A DNA stretch of 14,588 nt from Promethearchaeota archaeon (GTDB taxonomy: Archaea > Asgardarchaeota > Lokiarchaeia > Sigyniarchaeales > SOKP01). Shown piece by piece: positions 7,121 through 14,588 of the stretch (the first letter of the stretch is position 1; each line of letters opens with the position of its first letter). A program made the translations under genes and the position numbers. The notes beneath the pieces were generated by a model. The model saw nothing but the letters and a program-made list of their open reading frames with translations, searched no databases and was not told the DNA's origin. The DNA lies in assembly GCA_008080735.1 (NCBI GenBank), contig SHMW01000095.1, forward strand, positions 1-14,588, given 5' to 3'.

Positions 7121-8992
7121 ATGAAAAAGAAAATTTTAATGACCTTAACCGTAATAAGTTTAATGCTTTCAATGACCGCACTCCAAGGATTTTCAGCCGC
7201 TCAAGCCGTTCCGGGATATGTTGGAGTATCAAAAGGAGACAGATATGAATTCGAAGTCAAAATGAGTAAAGCAACCTTAGATAAACTTATAGCAGAAATG
7301 GAAGGTGTAAAAGATGATTTCAAGAATGAATTAGGTTCATTAGGGGACCTAAATTTCTCGGATTTTATGAAGGAAATACTTCTTAATTTTTCATCTCCAT
7401 TCTTACCAGATGGTTGGGAGTCTTTGAATGTTACTGATTTAGTTGAAGAGACTATTGTTTCCCTAGTTGGTTATCTTAACAGTACTTATGAGCTAGAAAT
7501 AGGAGATTGGATGGCAATGAATTTGACGATCTTTGCAGAGGAGCTTATCGAGGGTTTTAATGCAACCGACTATACATTAATCGATGTGATAAATGAAATC
7601 GTAAACAACACGGAATCAGAATTTCCAGAATTGGGGAGAATGATGCCCCTAAATTGGAGTATATTAACCATCGAGGAATTAATAGGATGGCAGATGGATA
7701 ATTTCATGAATAATCTACTTAAGGATGCAACGGGAGATACATTTGAAATTCCAGGAGGATGGTCAAGTTTAAACACATCCAGCTTTTTGGCAGGCATGTT
7801 TCCTGGATTGGATATCAATTTTATTGAGTTCATTGCTTATCTTGTTAACTCTACCGCTACTGAAAATCCAGAATTTCCATCAGAACAGTTCAATGATGCA
7901 TTTTTTGAATTGAATATGAGCAAAATGATATATATGGCCGTATGGCAGCTCAATTATTCTCTAAGTACCGAAACCGATTTAAATCTAACCATAGATCTTA
8001 CGAAATGTGATATGACCGAGCTACTTAATTATACCATGATGATGGCGAATAATGATACAACTATTATTCCTGAAGATTGGAATACGATGAATATATCTAC
8101 TTTAGTTGAGGAAGTTCTCATTAATTTTAATAATACTATGATGCCAGGTATTTTGGATACCAATATGTCAATGTTTATAGATACCATCAAACTCGGAATA
8201 AATGAATCTTTATCCGAAGAAGGAAGTCCCTTCAATGCGTCTGATACAGGCGAGCAAATGATAAATAGTCTTACTCTAGGAATGGTTTATGAAATGAACA
8301 GTACTCTACCCGAGTTGTATAATCTCTCAATCTATAATTTTACAACTGCTCCAGAACCTTGGTATGAATTATCAATAAACGAACTAATCGATGAATTATG
8401 GAAACTTTTTGAAGATATGTATGAAAGTGCCTTCACGGGTCAAGAATCGGAACTTGCGGCATTAGCTGCTGGAATGAAACTACGCTTTGACATAAATAAT
8501 GTAACCTCTGTACCAGGTCTCCCTGGAATTAATACCACATGGATCAATTTCACGTTTTCGATAGATCCTGGTCTTGGTCAATTCCAAGAAACTCCATGGA
8601 TAAGGGATGAAATATATATATTCGATCCCGAAGGTCTCGAAACTGAATACCTCGCTCCTATGGAAGCCCTAGCATTTCAAGCACAATATTCTATGCTTTT
8701 ATTTATTGGAAAAAACTATGATAAATCGAAGATCACCTTTAGGGATATGACTATGAATATGCCGGACCCATTGCCCGATGTCAAGTTAGATATAGATTGG
8801 GATGAGAATGGAGTACTTGAGCATGCATCTATGAACTATGGTACCGATACCATAATTTCTATACAAAGCTCTGCTGACGGAGGAGGAATTCCAGGATATG
8901 AACTCATTCTGCTCATTGGAATTTCGCTTTCAAGCATTCTTGGGCTTATTTATGTGTTAAGAAAGAAGAAAATGATTTATCACAAATCCTAA
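7121..8992 (+). CDS. Secreted, membrane-anchored surface glycoprotein with internal helical repeats and a Loki-CTERM/PGF-CTERM-like sorting tail
   Basis: Signal peptide MKKKILMTLTVISLMLSMTALQGFSAAQA. Very acidic, with about 26 N-x-S/T sequons by hand count. C-terminus GGGIPGY + hydrophobic helix + RKKK. Confidence 0.88.
   Translation: MKKKILMTLTVISLMLSMTALQGFSAAQAVPGYVGVSKGDRYEFEVKMSKATLDKLIAEMEGVKDDFKNELGSLGDLNFSDFMKEILLNFSSPFLPDGWESLNVTDLVEETIVSLVGYLNSTYELEIGDWMAMNLTIFAEELIEGFNATDYTLIDVINEIVNNTESEFPELGRMMPLNWSILTIEELIGWQMDNFMNNLLKDATGDTFEIPGGWSSLNTSSFLAGMFPGLDINFIEFIAYLVNSTATENPEFPSEQFNDAFFELNMSKMIYMAVWQLNYSLSTETDLNLTIDLTKCDMTELLNYTMMMANNDTTIIPEDWNTMNISTLVEEVLINFNNTMMPGILDTNMSMFIDTIKLGINESLSEEGSPFNASDTGEQMINSLTLGMVYEMNSTLPELYNLSIYNFTTAPEPWYELSINELIDELWKLFEDMYESAFTGQESELAALAAGMKLRFDINNVTSVPGLPGINTTWINFTFSIDPGLGQFQETPWIRDEIYIFDPEGLETEYLAPMEALAFQAQYSMLLFIGKNYDKSKITFRDMTMNMPDPLPDVKLDIDWDENGVLEHASMNYGTDTIISIQSSADGGGIPGYELILLIGISLSSILGLIYVLRKKKMIYHKS
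7340..8415 (+). repeat. Degenerate protein-level repeat region, about 10 copies
   Basis: LPDGWESLNVTDLVEE, IGDWMAMNLTIFAEE, MPLNWSILTIEELI, IPGGWSSLNTSSFL, DAFFELNMSKMI, IPEDWNTMNISTLVEE, MPGILDTNMSMFID, APEPWYELSINELIDE. Not obvious as DNA-level tandem repeats. Confidence 0.7.
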
Positions 8993-8999
8993 ATTTCAA

Positions 9000-9014
9000 T
9001 TTTTTTTTATTTTT
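9000..9014 (+). terminator. Putative oligo-T terminator after the surface-protein gene
   Basis: T9-A-T5 starting 8 nt after the stop codon. Confidence 0.55.
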
Positions 9015-9044
9015 ATATCAAATTAGCAGAATATTTTCGTAAAA

Positions 9045-9308
9045 ATGCAAATATTATATGCGATGGTTTTTCTATTCATATTATTATTCCTTGCCTATAA
9101 TCTAAAAGCGGATTTCTTTGCCCTAATATTCTTAATCTCAGTATATATGTTTATTTTGGTATATCTTTTTATTATAAATCCATCCCAAGTTGGTTTAAGA
9201 GTATTGATAGATCTCTTTTCTAATCCCATAAATCTCTTATATATTTTAGTTCCATCTATCTTAATCATTTCAATCAGATTTCTATATACTCAAATGAAAA
9301 AAGCATAA
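9045..9308 (+). CDS. Small hypothetical membrane protein (about 3 TM)
   Basis: 87-aa ATG ORF filling the gap between two real genes, with three hydrophobic stretches and a basic tail. No family recognised; very AT-rich, so it could be spurious or a remnant. Confidence 0.5.
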   Translation: MQILYAMVFLFILLFLAYNLKADFFALIFLISVYMFILVYLFIINPSQVGLRVLIDLFSNPINLLYILVPSILIISIRFLYTQMKKA

Positions 9309-9361
9309 TAGTAGGGAAAATAAATATCTTACTTATGCATTAAATTACCTAAAAATAACTC

Positions 9362-11023
9362 TTATTCGATTTTTTTAAGCTTTCTGTATCCTAAAATTAA
9401 AATTATCGGCATAAAAGTACAATACATTAGTATTAGATGTAATAGAAATATCTGGGTTAAGATTTCGAAATGGGCACTTTCATTAGGGATAATTGGAATT
9501 AGAATCATCAATATTATAAAGAATGAGATTATCTGTACGAATAGGATATAATATATATTCATAAGTACAACTTTTGTTTTATACTTAAATAAAGGATTTA
9601 GACATTGAAAACCAATTTCTAATCCTACTGACATCACCCCATAAAAGAAAAACATTGTGAAGAAATAGATTATCTGAATTATATTAAACATATATAATAA
9701 AGAAATCGCAATAGTTACCACAAAATCTATCAGAAATATCAATTGGATTTGGGAATAGAAGTAAGAAAAAAGTAATGCTTTAACCCCTCTGGGAGATTTT
9801 CTATAATACAATATTAAATCTTTTGATTTTAGGAAAGAATATACCGCATTTAAGACTGCTATAAGAAAGGATCCCAACCAAGATAATAAGGGTATTGCTA
9901 AAAACTTCAAATCCATTATGTCTATATCAGTCAAACCTGCTTCCTCAAAAATATATAACGTTTTTATTTGGTCATAAGAGAGGAGCAAAACGACTCCGGA
10001 AATAAAAATTGTTGCGGCTGAAAAGATCAATTTTACTAAATTTTCCTTATCTCTTACAAATTCTTTCGTTTGAGTTAACACTAAAGATTTCCATTTTCTT
10101 ATCGAGAGCTTTTCTATAATAGAAAAAAAGACTGGATTTTTCCCACGTTCAGATTTGGTATTGAATTTGTCCATCTCAACTATTTTATCCAATTTTTTAT
10201 AGTATATTATCACAATTAAGGAAGGAATACAAATAGACGCGAAAATTGAAAGAATGAGATTAATATCAGTTAAAACTAGTAACTGAGGATCGATTATGTA
10301 TGATATGATATTCGAATACCAAAACGAGGGGAAAATAATGAGAATAAAGTTTAATTCGGGAATTTGTTGTAAATAGAAAATAAGAAATTGAAGTAAATAG
10401 ACAAATCCAATAATTAAAAAAGTTATGATAAAAATTACGTACACGCTATTCTTTTTTATCTTCTCCGTATTAAGTATTCTCCTTTCCAAATAAACCATTA
10501 AAATAGAACCAATTAAAAGGCTGAAGATGAAATTACCTAAAAGACATGAATATAGTAAAAAAATTTCCACGATTGTGAGAATTTTTATCAGATTTATTGT
10601 ACCCGCTATTAATGGCCCCAATATAAGAACTACTAATATATAAAAAGGAATTCGCCATAAAAAATCGGCAAAAAAAATGTCATTCAATCTTATTGGAGCA
10701 GAAAGACACAACTCTTTTAAGTCTACTTCGGATTTTCTATAGGAATCATAGATTGGAACCAATAGATTGATTAAAAAACAAATCGTAAACAAAAACCCCA
10801 GAAAATCGCTATATCGTGCTCTATATTCATAAGCATATATATGAAATATTTCAGGAAATACCGAAGTTATGATATTTGGTCCAAAATAAAAACCCCAAAA
10901 AATTAGAACTAAACTAATGAAAATTAAAACTGTCTTTCTTCTTTTTCTGATTCTATAGGTAAAAATTCTAAATTCTTTCTTACTGATTGCCCACCAAATT
11001 TTAATATTCTTTTTACCTAACAT
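9362..11023 (-). CDS. Putative ABC-2-type transporter permease (about 12 TM, two halves)
   Basis: 553-aa polytopic protein. Each half opens with an amphipathic basic helix (WAISKKEFRIFTYR; LVLTQTKEFVRDKENL) and has a coupling-loop-like segment (LSAPIRLNDIFFADF; YRKSPRGVKALLFSYF). Adjacent to an ABC ATPase. Confidence 0.8.
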   Translation of the reverse strand: MLGKKNIKIWWAISKKEFRIFTYRIRKRRKTVLIFISLVLIFWGFYFGPNIITSVFPEIFHIYAYEYRARYSDFLGFLFTICFLINLLVPIYDSYRKSEVDLKELCLSAPIRLNDIFFADFLWRIPFYILVVLILGPLIAGTINLIKILTIVEIFLLYSCLLGNFIFSLLIGSILMVYLERRILNTEKIKKNSVYVIFIITFLIIGFVYLLQFLIFYLQQIPELNFILIIFPSFWYSNIISYIIDPQLLVLTDINLILSIFASICIPSLIVIIYYKKLDKIVEMDKFNTKSERGKNPVFFSIIEKLSIRKWKSLVLTQTKEFVRDKENLVKLIFSAATIFISGVVLLLSYDQIKTLYIFEEAGLTDIDIMDLKFLAIPLLSWLGSFLIAVLNAVYSFLKSKDLILYYRKSPRGVKALLFSYFYSQIQLIFLIDFVVTIAISLLYMFNIIQIIYFFTMFFFYGVMSVGLEIGFQCLNPLFKYKTKVVLMNIYYILFVQIISFFIILMILIPIIPNESAHFEILTQIFLLHLILMYCTFMPIILILGYRKLKKIE

Positions 11024-11165
11024 TATAGAAGCATTTTGGATTAAATATTAATCTAGAAAAATATTGAATTATGTGAATTTAAATATTCTATTATAATTAA
11101 TCTTGAATAATTATATTAAATTCTAGTGGAAAGGACATATCACTATAACAATTGAGTGTGAATAA

Positions 11166-11948
11166 ATGAAAGAAAATCTTGCGATCTTTACTAAGGATCT
11201 TAAAAAAAAATATGGTGAGATTATTGCGGTTAACAATCTAAATTTAAATATTAAATCTGGAGAAACATATGGGTTATTAGGCCCCAATGGTGCTGGAAAA
11301 ACAACAACCGTAAGAATATTAAACTGTATAATTAAACCAAATTCGGGGGAGGGTAAAGTTTATGGTTTTGATTTAGCTACCCAATCCAATAAAATAAAGA
11401 AACATACTGGATACCTTCCAGAGTCCCCAGCCCTTTATGATAAATTAACTGCAGTAGAATACCTCGAGTTTGTAGGTGAATTATATTATTTGCCGAAAGA
11501 ACTAATTATGAGCAGATCGGAAGACTTATTAAAACTTTTTCAATTATATGAAAGAAAAGAGGATCTTATTGAAGAATATTCAAGAGGAATGAAGCAGAGA
11601 TTATGTCTTTGCGCAGCCATTTTTCATGATCCCGAAATCATCTTTTTAGATGAACCAACATCTAATTTAGACCCGGTAGGCTCGAAAATGGTAAAGGATC
11701 TTATAAGTCTTTTATCGAAAAAAGCAAATAAAACTATTTTTATTTGTACCCATTTGTTAGATGTCGCAGAAGAATTATGTAATCGAATTGGGATAATAAA
11801 AGAAGGTATTTTAGAATTAGAGGGTACTACTCAAGAAATAATAGCCTTAAAAGATTCCGATGATTTGGAGGAGGCATATCTCAACATTTTTGGGCGTTCT
11901 AAATTTGAAGATTTGCTCTTTTGGAGAGATAATAAAATCGAAAAATGA
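11166..11948 (+). CDS. ABC transporter ATP-binding protein (ABC-2/drug-export-like)
   Basis: GPNGAGKTT, YSRGMKQRL, IFLDEPTSNLD, CTH, DLEEAYL. Confidence 0.96.
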   Translation: MKENLAIFTKDLKKKYGEIIAVNNLNLNIKSGETYGLLGPNGAGKTTTVRILNCIIKPNSGEGKVYGFDLATQSNKIKKHTGYLPESPALYDKLTAVEYLEFVGELYYLPKELIMSRSEDLLKLFQLYERKEDLIEEYSRGMKQRLCLCAAIFHDPEIIFLDEPTSNLDPVGSKMVKDLISLLSKKANKTIFICTHLLDVAEELCNRIGIIKEGILELEGTTQEIIALKDSDDLEEAYLNIFGRSKFEDLLFWRDNKIEK

Positions 11949-12055
11949 TTTAGATATTTTAGAAACGCTTCAACTTAAAAATACAGTTAATATATAGCAA
12001 AGGTTAAAAACACTCATGATTATCATATACTCACAATAAAACAAATTGATGAATT

Positions 12056-12766
12056 ATGCAAGGAGTAGAATATGAATTTGACGTTTTAGAGCGACCTACT
12101 TTTTCCTATATAAGAATAAATCTTAAAAAAGGACAGCAAATTCAATGCGAGGGTGGAACAATGATCTATTTTGATCCCACCTTAGAGATATCTACAAAAA
12201 AGGCTTCCAAGGGATTTTTTAAATCATTAAAACGTGCGTTGGCTGGTGAAACATTTTTTATGAACACATTTGATGCACAAGATGATGGATATTTGGGATT
12301 AGCTCCCGCGTTTCCGGGAGATGTTATGCATATTCCCTTAGAGAAAAATGAAAGTTGGGTTCTTTTTAGTGGATGTTTTGTGGCAAGTTCGATGCATTTT
12401 GACACCCAAACAAACTTTTTAGGATTAAAACGTTCTTTTTTTGGTGGGGAGCGAGCATTTTTCTTGCAAGTTGACGCTTTAGCTGCACCAGGTGATCTTT
12501 TCATAGGTGCGATGGGTGCTTTCCATGAAATTACATTAGGAGAAGGACAAATCTTTAATTGCGACAACGGACATTTAGTAGCTATGGAAAGCAGTGTTTC
12601 GTTTGATATAAAGAAGGTAGGTGGGTTGAAATCTACTTTTCTCTCTGGAGAAGGATTAGTCGCTCAGCTGACCGGACCTGGCCGAGTTATTATGCAATCG
12701 AGAAATCCACGAGAATTTGCTTTATGGTTATATAATTTTATGCCAAAACCCAGTAGTACTAGCTAA
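12056..12766 (+). CDS. AIM24 / TIGR00266 (DUF124) family protein
   Basis: Family-typical segments KRALAGETFFMNTF, LAPAFPGDV, FFGGERAFF, DNGHLVA and KSTFLSGEGLVAQLTGPGRVIMQSRN; 236 aa. Confidence 0.9.
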   Translation: MQGVEYEFDVLERPTFSYIRINLKKGQQIQCEGGTMIYFDPTLEISTKKASKGFFKSLKRALAGETFFMNTFDAQDDGYLGLAPAFPGDVMHIPLEKNESWVLFSGCFVASSMHFDTQTNFLGLKRSFFGGERAFFLQVDALAAPGDLFIGAMGAFHEITLGEGQIFNCDNGHLVAMESSVSFDIKKVGGLKSTFLSGEGLVAQLTGPGRVIMQSRNPREFALWLYNFMPKPSSTS

Positions 12767-12779
12767 TCGATTATAAAAA

Positions 12780-13766
12780 TTATATCCTTTTTATTTTTGT
12801 TTTCTCTTTTTTCTCCTCTTTTTCCAACATTATTATAACGATCGATATTATTATAATAGCCATACCGAATAGATGAAAGATGGAGAAGAGTTCTCCAAAT
12901 AGGAACGTGGAGATAATCGCGGTTACTATCGGAGTTGGAGCAATAATTATAGTAGCTTTAGATACATCCAAATATTTTAAACTTAGATACCAACAAAATA
13001 GGTCGATACTGTAGTTAAGAGACATTAATATGAAAAAGAATTGATTCGTAGGATTGAGAAGTACTAATAAATTATCTAAAGGAAAAAATAAGAGATAACT
13101 TGAAATTAGAATGATCGAATTCACCAAATTTCGACTGAAGACAATCTGAGAAGATATAATCTCATTTCTATCTAAAATCGGTTTGGTGATACTATGAGCT
13201 AACATCCATAGCATTGCAACGATTATCATTAAAAAGACCCCTAAGTTTATTTCCAATAGTCTGAATTGACCTTGAGTGGTTGCTAATAGTACGCCAAATA
13301 ATAGTAAAATAGAGAATGCTACTTGTTTAATCGTTATCTTCTCACGATTGATCACATAACCGAACACTAATGCAAAAATGACGGTAGTTTTTTGACTAAG
13401 TGAACCATTTATTGCCCCCGCTAAATCAAACGCATAATAAAATAATACTTGGGTAATCGCAAAATTAACTCCGAGATATAGAATGACAGAGAATGTTTTC
13501 TTGTTTTTCCATCCATCCAGCAAGGATAAAAATTCATTATCTCCGGAGGATTCCAATCTTGGATTACGTGCTTGAGTTTTCAACTTTCTTCTCTGAAGAA
13601 TCATCACTGGGAGGAAAAATATGGATTGGTAAAAGCAAGTAATTGACGCAAAAATGTATGCATCAATACTGGAGTCTCGCGCTAATGCAATTATTGGTTG
13701 GAGGCTCACCAATAGCATAGAAATAGATGCAAACAAGAATCCTTTTAGTAATCTTTTATCGGACAA
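12780..13766 (-). CDS. EamA/DMT-family transporter (paralog 2)
   Basis: 328 aa, about 10 TM. Motifs FGYVINREKIT and WYLSLKYLDVSKATIIIAPTPIVTAIISTFLFGELFS. Aligns end to end with 3588-4523. TTG start. Confidence 0.9.
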   Translation of the reverse strand: MSDKRLLKGFLFASISMLLVSLQPIIALARDSSIDAYIFASITCFYQSIFFLPVMILQRRKLKTQARNPRLESSGDNEFLSLLDGWKNKKTFSVILYLGVNFAITQVLFYYAFDLAGAINGSLSQKTTVIFALVFGYVINREKITIKQVAFSILLLFGVLLATTQGQFRLLEINLGVFLMIIVAMLWMLAHSITKPILDRNEIISSQIVFSRNLVNSIILISSYLLFFPLDNLLVLLNPTNQFFFILMSLNYSIDLFCWYLSLKYLDVSKATIIIAPTPIVTAIISTFLFGELFSIFHLFGMAIIIISIVIIMLEKEEKKEKTKIKRI

Positions 13767-13912
13767 CTTTAATTGAAAAAGAATACAAAATCTTTATAAT
13801 TATGTTTTTTAGTATCAGAATCTGTATTTCAAGAAAATCATGATAAAACAGATAGAAGTAGAATTTCAAAAAATCGATAAAAAGAAAAATTTAAGATTAA
13901 GATGTTAAAATT

Positions 13913-14242
13913 TCATTTTTTATAGCTTCCAAATTGAGGGAATTGAGTTAATTGGCCTTTTGAAAAGATAGGTCCTTCTTTACAGACTGCAATATCATTT
14001 TCTTTCCCCACACAGCAAGAACCACATAATCCAACTCCGCACTTCATCTTTCGCTCAAGAGAAGCCTGCAGATCAATATTTTTCTCATTTGCTAATTCTA
14101 ACACCCTTCTCATCATCACTTCAGGACCACAAGTAAGGATTAGGTCGATATTATTTTCCTCAATTATTTCGGCAATCGGGTCTGTTACATAACACTTACG
14201 ACCCACAGAGCCGTCATCGGTGGTGCATAAGGTACTGGGGAT
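13913..14242 (-). pseudogene. pyrK: 3' portion of dihydroorotate dehydrogenase electron-transfer subunit (PyrK-like FAD/NAD/[2Fe-2S]); 5' part absent (true truncation or assembly artefact)
   Basis: Extending the track ORF upstream gives IPSTLCTTDDGSVG. It is followed by LTCGPEVMM, SLERKMKCGVGLCGSC and VCKEGPIF. In-frame TAA at 14276-14278. No FAD-binding N-terminal domain or GGxG NAD motif is seen in this frame. The 5' boundary is approximate. Confidence 0.8.
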
Positions 14243-14588
14243 TCCGGACGAGTTAGAACCGATCGAGATTAATATTTATGCCCAAGAAGCTACCCCGATC
14301 CCAACGGGTATTACCAAGAGTATCGACAGCCTCACGCAACAATACTCCGCATCCGAGTTAGAAGCTCTTTCGACCAGCATTTTCGAGGATAATCATAGTT
14401 ATTACGCCTATATTGACTTTATCAACCCTAACGGCGTGAATGTGCTTAATTATACTACCTCATATATGATAGACGAGACCGCGAATGGCGGACTGATTAC
14501 CATCACCAACGACACGATGGCAGCGATCATCAACGACTTAGGTCCGGGACTGTCCACTATCAGAATACAGATCGCCGAATCACCCTAT
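14232..14588 (+). CDS. Partial ORF, probably an internal fragment of a large acidic (possibly extracellular) protein; runs off the window
   Basis: Not in the track because it has no stop codon. Reads VLGIPDELEPIEINIYAQEATPIPTGITKSIDSLTQQYSASELEALSTSIFEDNHSYYAYIDFINPNGVNVLNYTTSYMIDETANGGLITITNDTMAAIINDLGPGLSTIRIQIAESPY. Contains sequons NHS, NYT and NDT. About 46% GC by hand count. No convincing start or promoter. Confidence 0.6.

Noticed and set aside
6990-8235. Minus-strand ORFs 6990-7232, 7570-7833 and 8029-8235
   Set aside because: Overlap the 623-aa gene or its promoter in antisense, with no protein-like features.
12166-12567. 133-aa minus-strand ORF
   Set aside because: Antisense shadow wholly inside the AIM24-family gene.
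14204-14206. GTG start making a complete 97-aa [2Fe-2S] protein
   Set aside because: The conserved TDDGS motif continues upstream of this codon, so it is an internal Val of a truncated PyrK.

Overview
AT-rich, gene-dense archaeal-type DNA, most likely from a Lokiarchaeia/Asgard genome (inferred from an IPGY-TM-basic Loki-CTERM-like tail, TATA-like promoters and oligo-T terminators). Gene order, left to right: (1) a >=859-codon minus-strand ORF missing from the ORF track because it runs off the left edge, encoding an ABC-2-type permease fused to a CPBP/Rce1-like intramembrane glutamic protease; (2) its ABC ATPase; (3) an EamA/DMT transporter; (4) a long aldehyde:ferredoxin oxidoreductase; (5) a 623-aa secreted, C-terminally anchored protein with about 26 N-glycosylation sequons, built from degenerate helical repeats and preceded by three abutting palindromes; (6) a small membrane ORF; (7) a second ABC permease and ABC ATPase, divergently oriented; (8) an AIM24/TIGR00266-family gene; (9) a second, paralogous EamA; (10) a 5'-truncated pyrK joined abruptly to an unrelated, more GC-rich plus-strand reading frame, which suggests a chimera or rearrangement. 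No RNA genes, CRISPR arrays or transposases were recognised.
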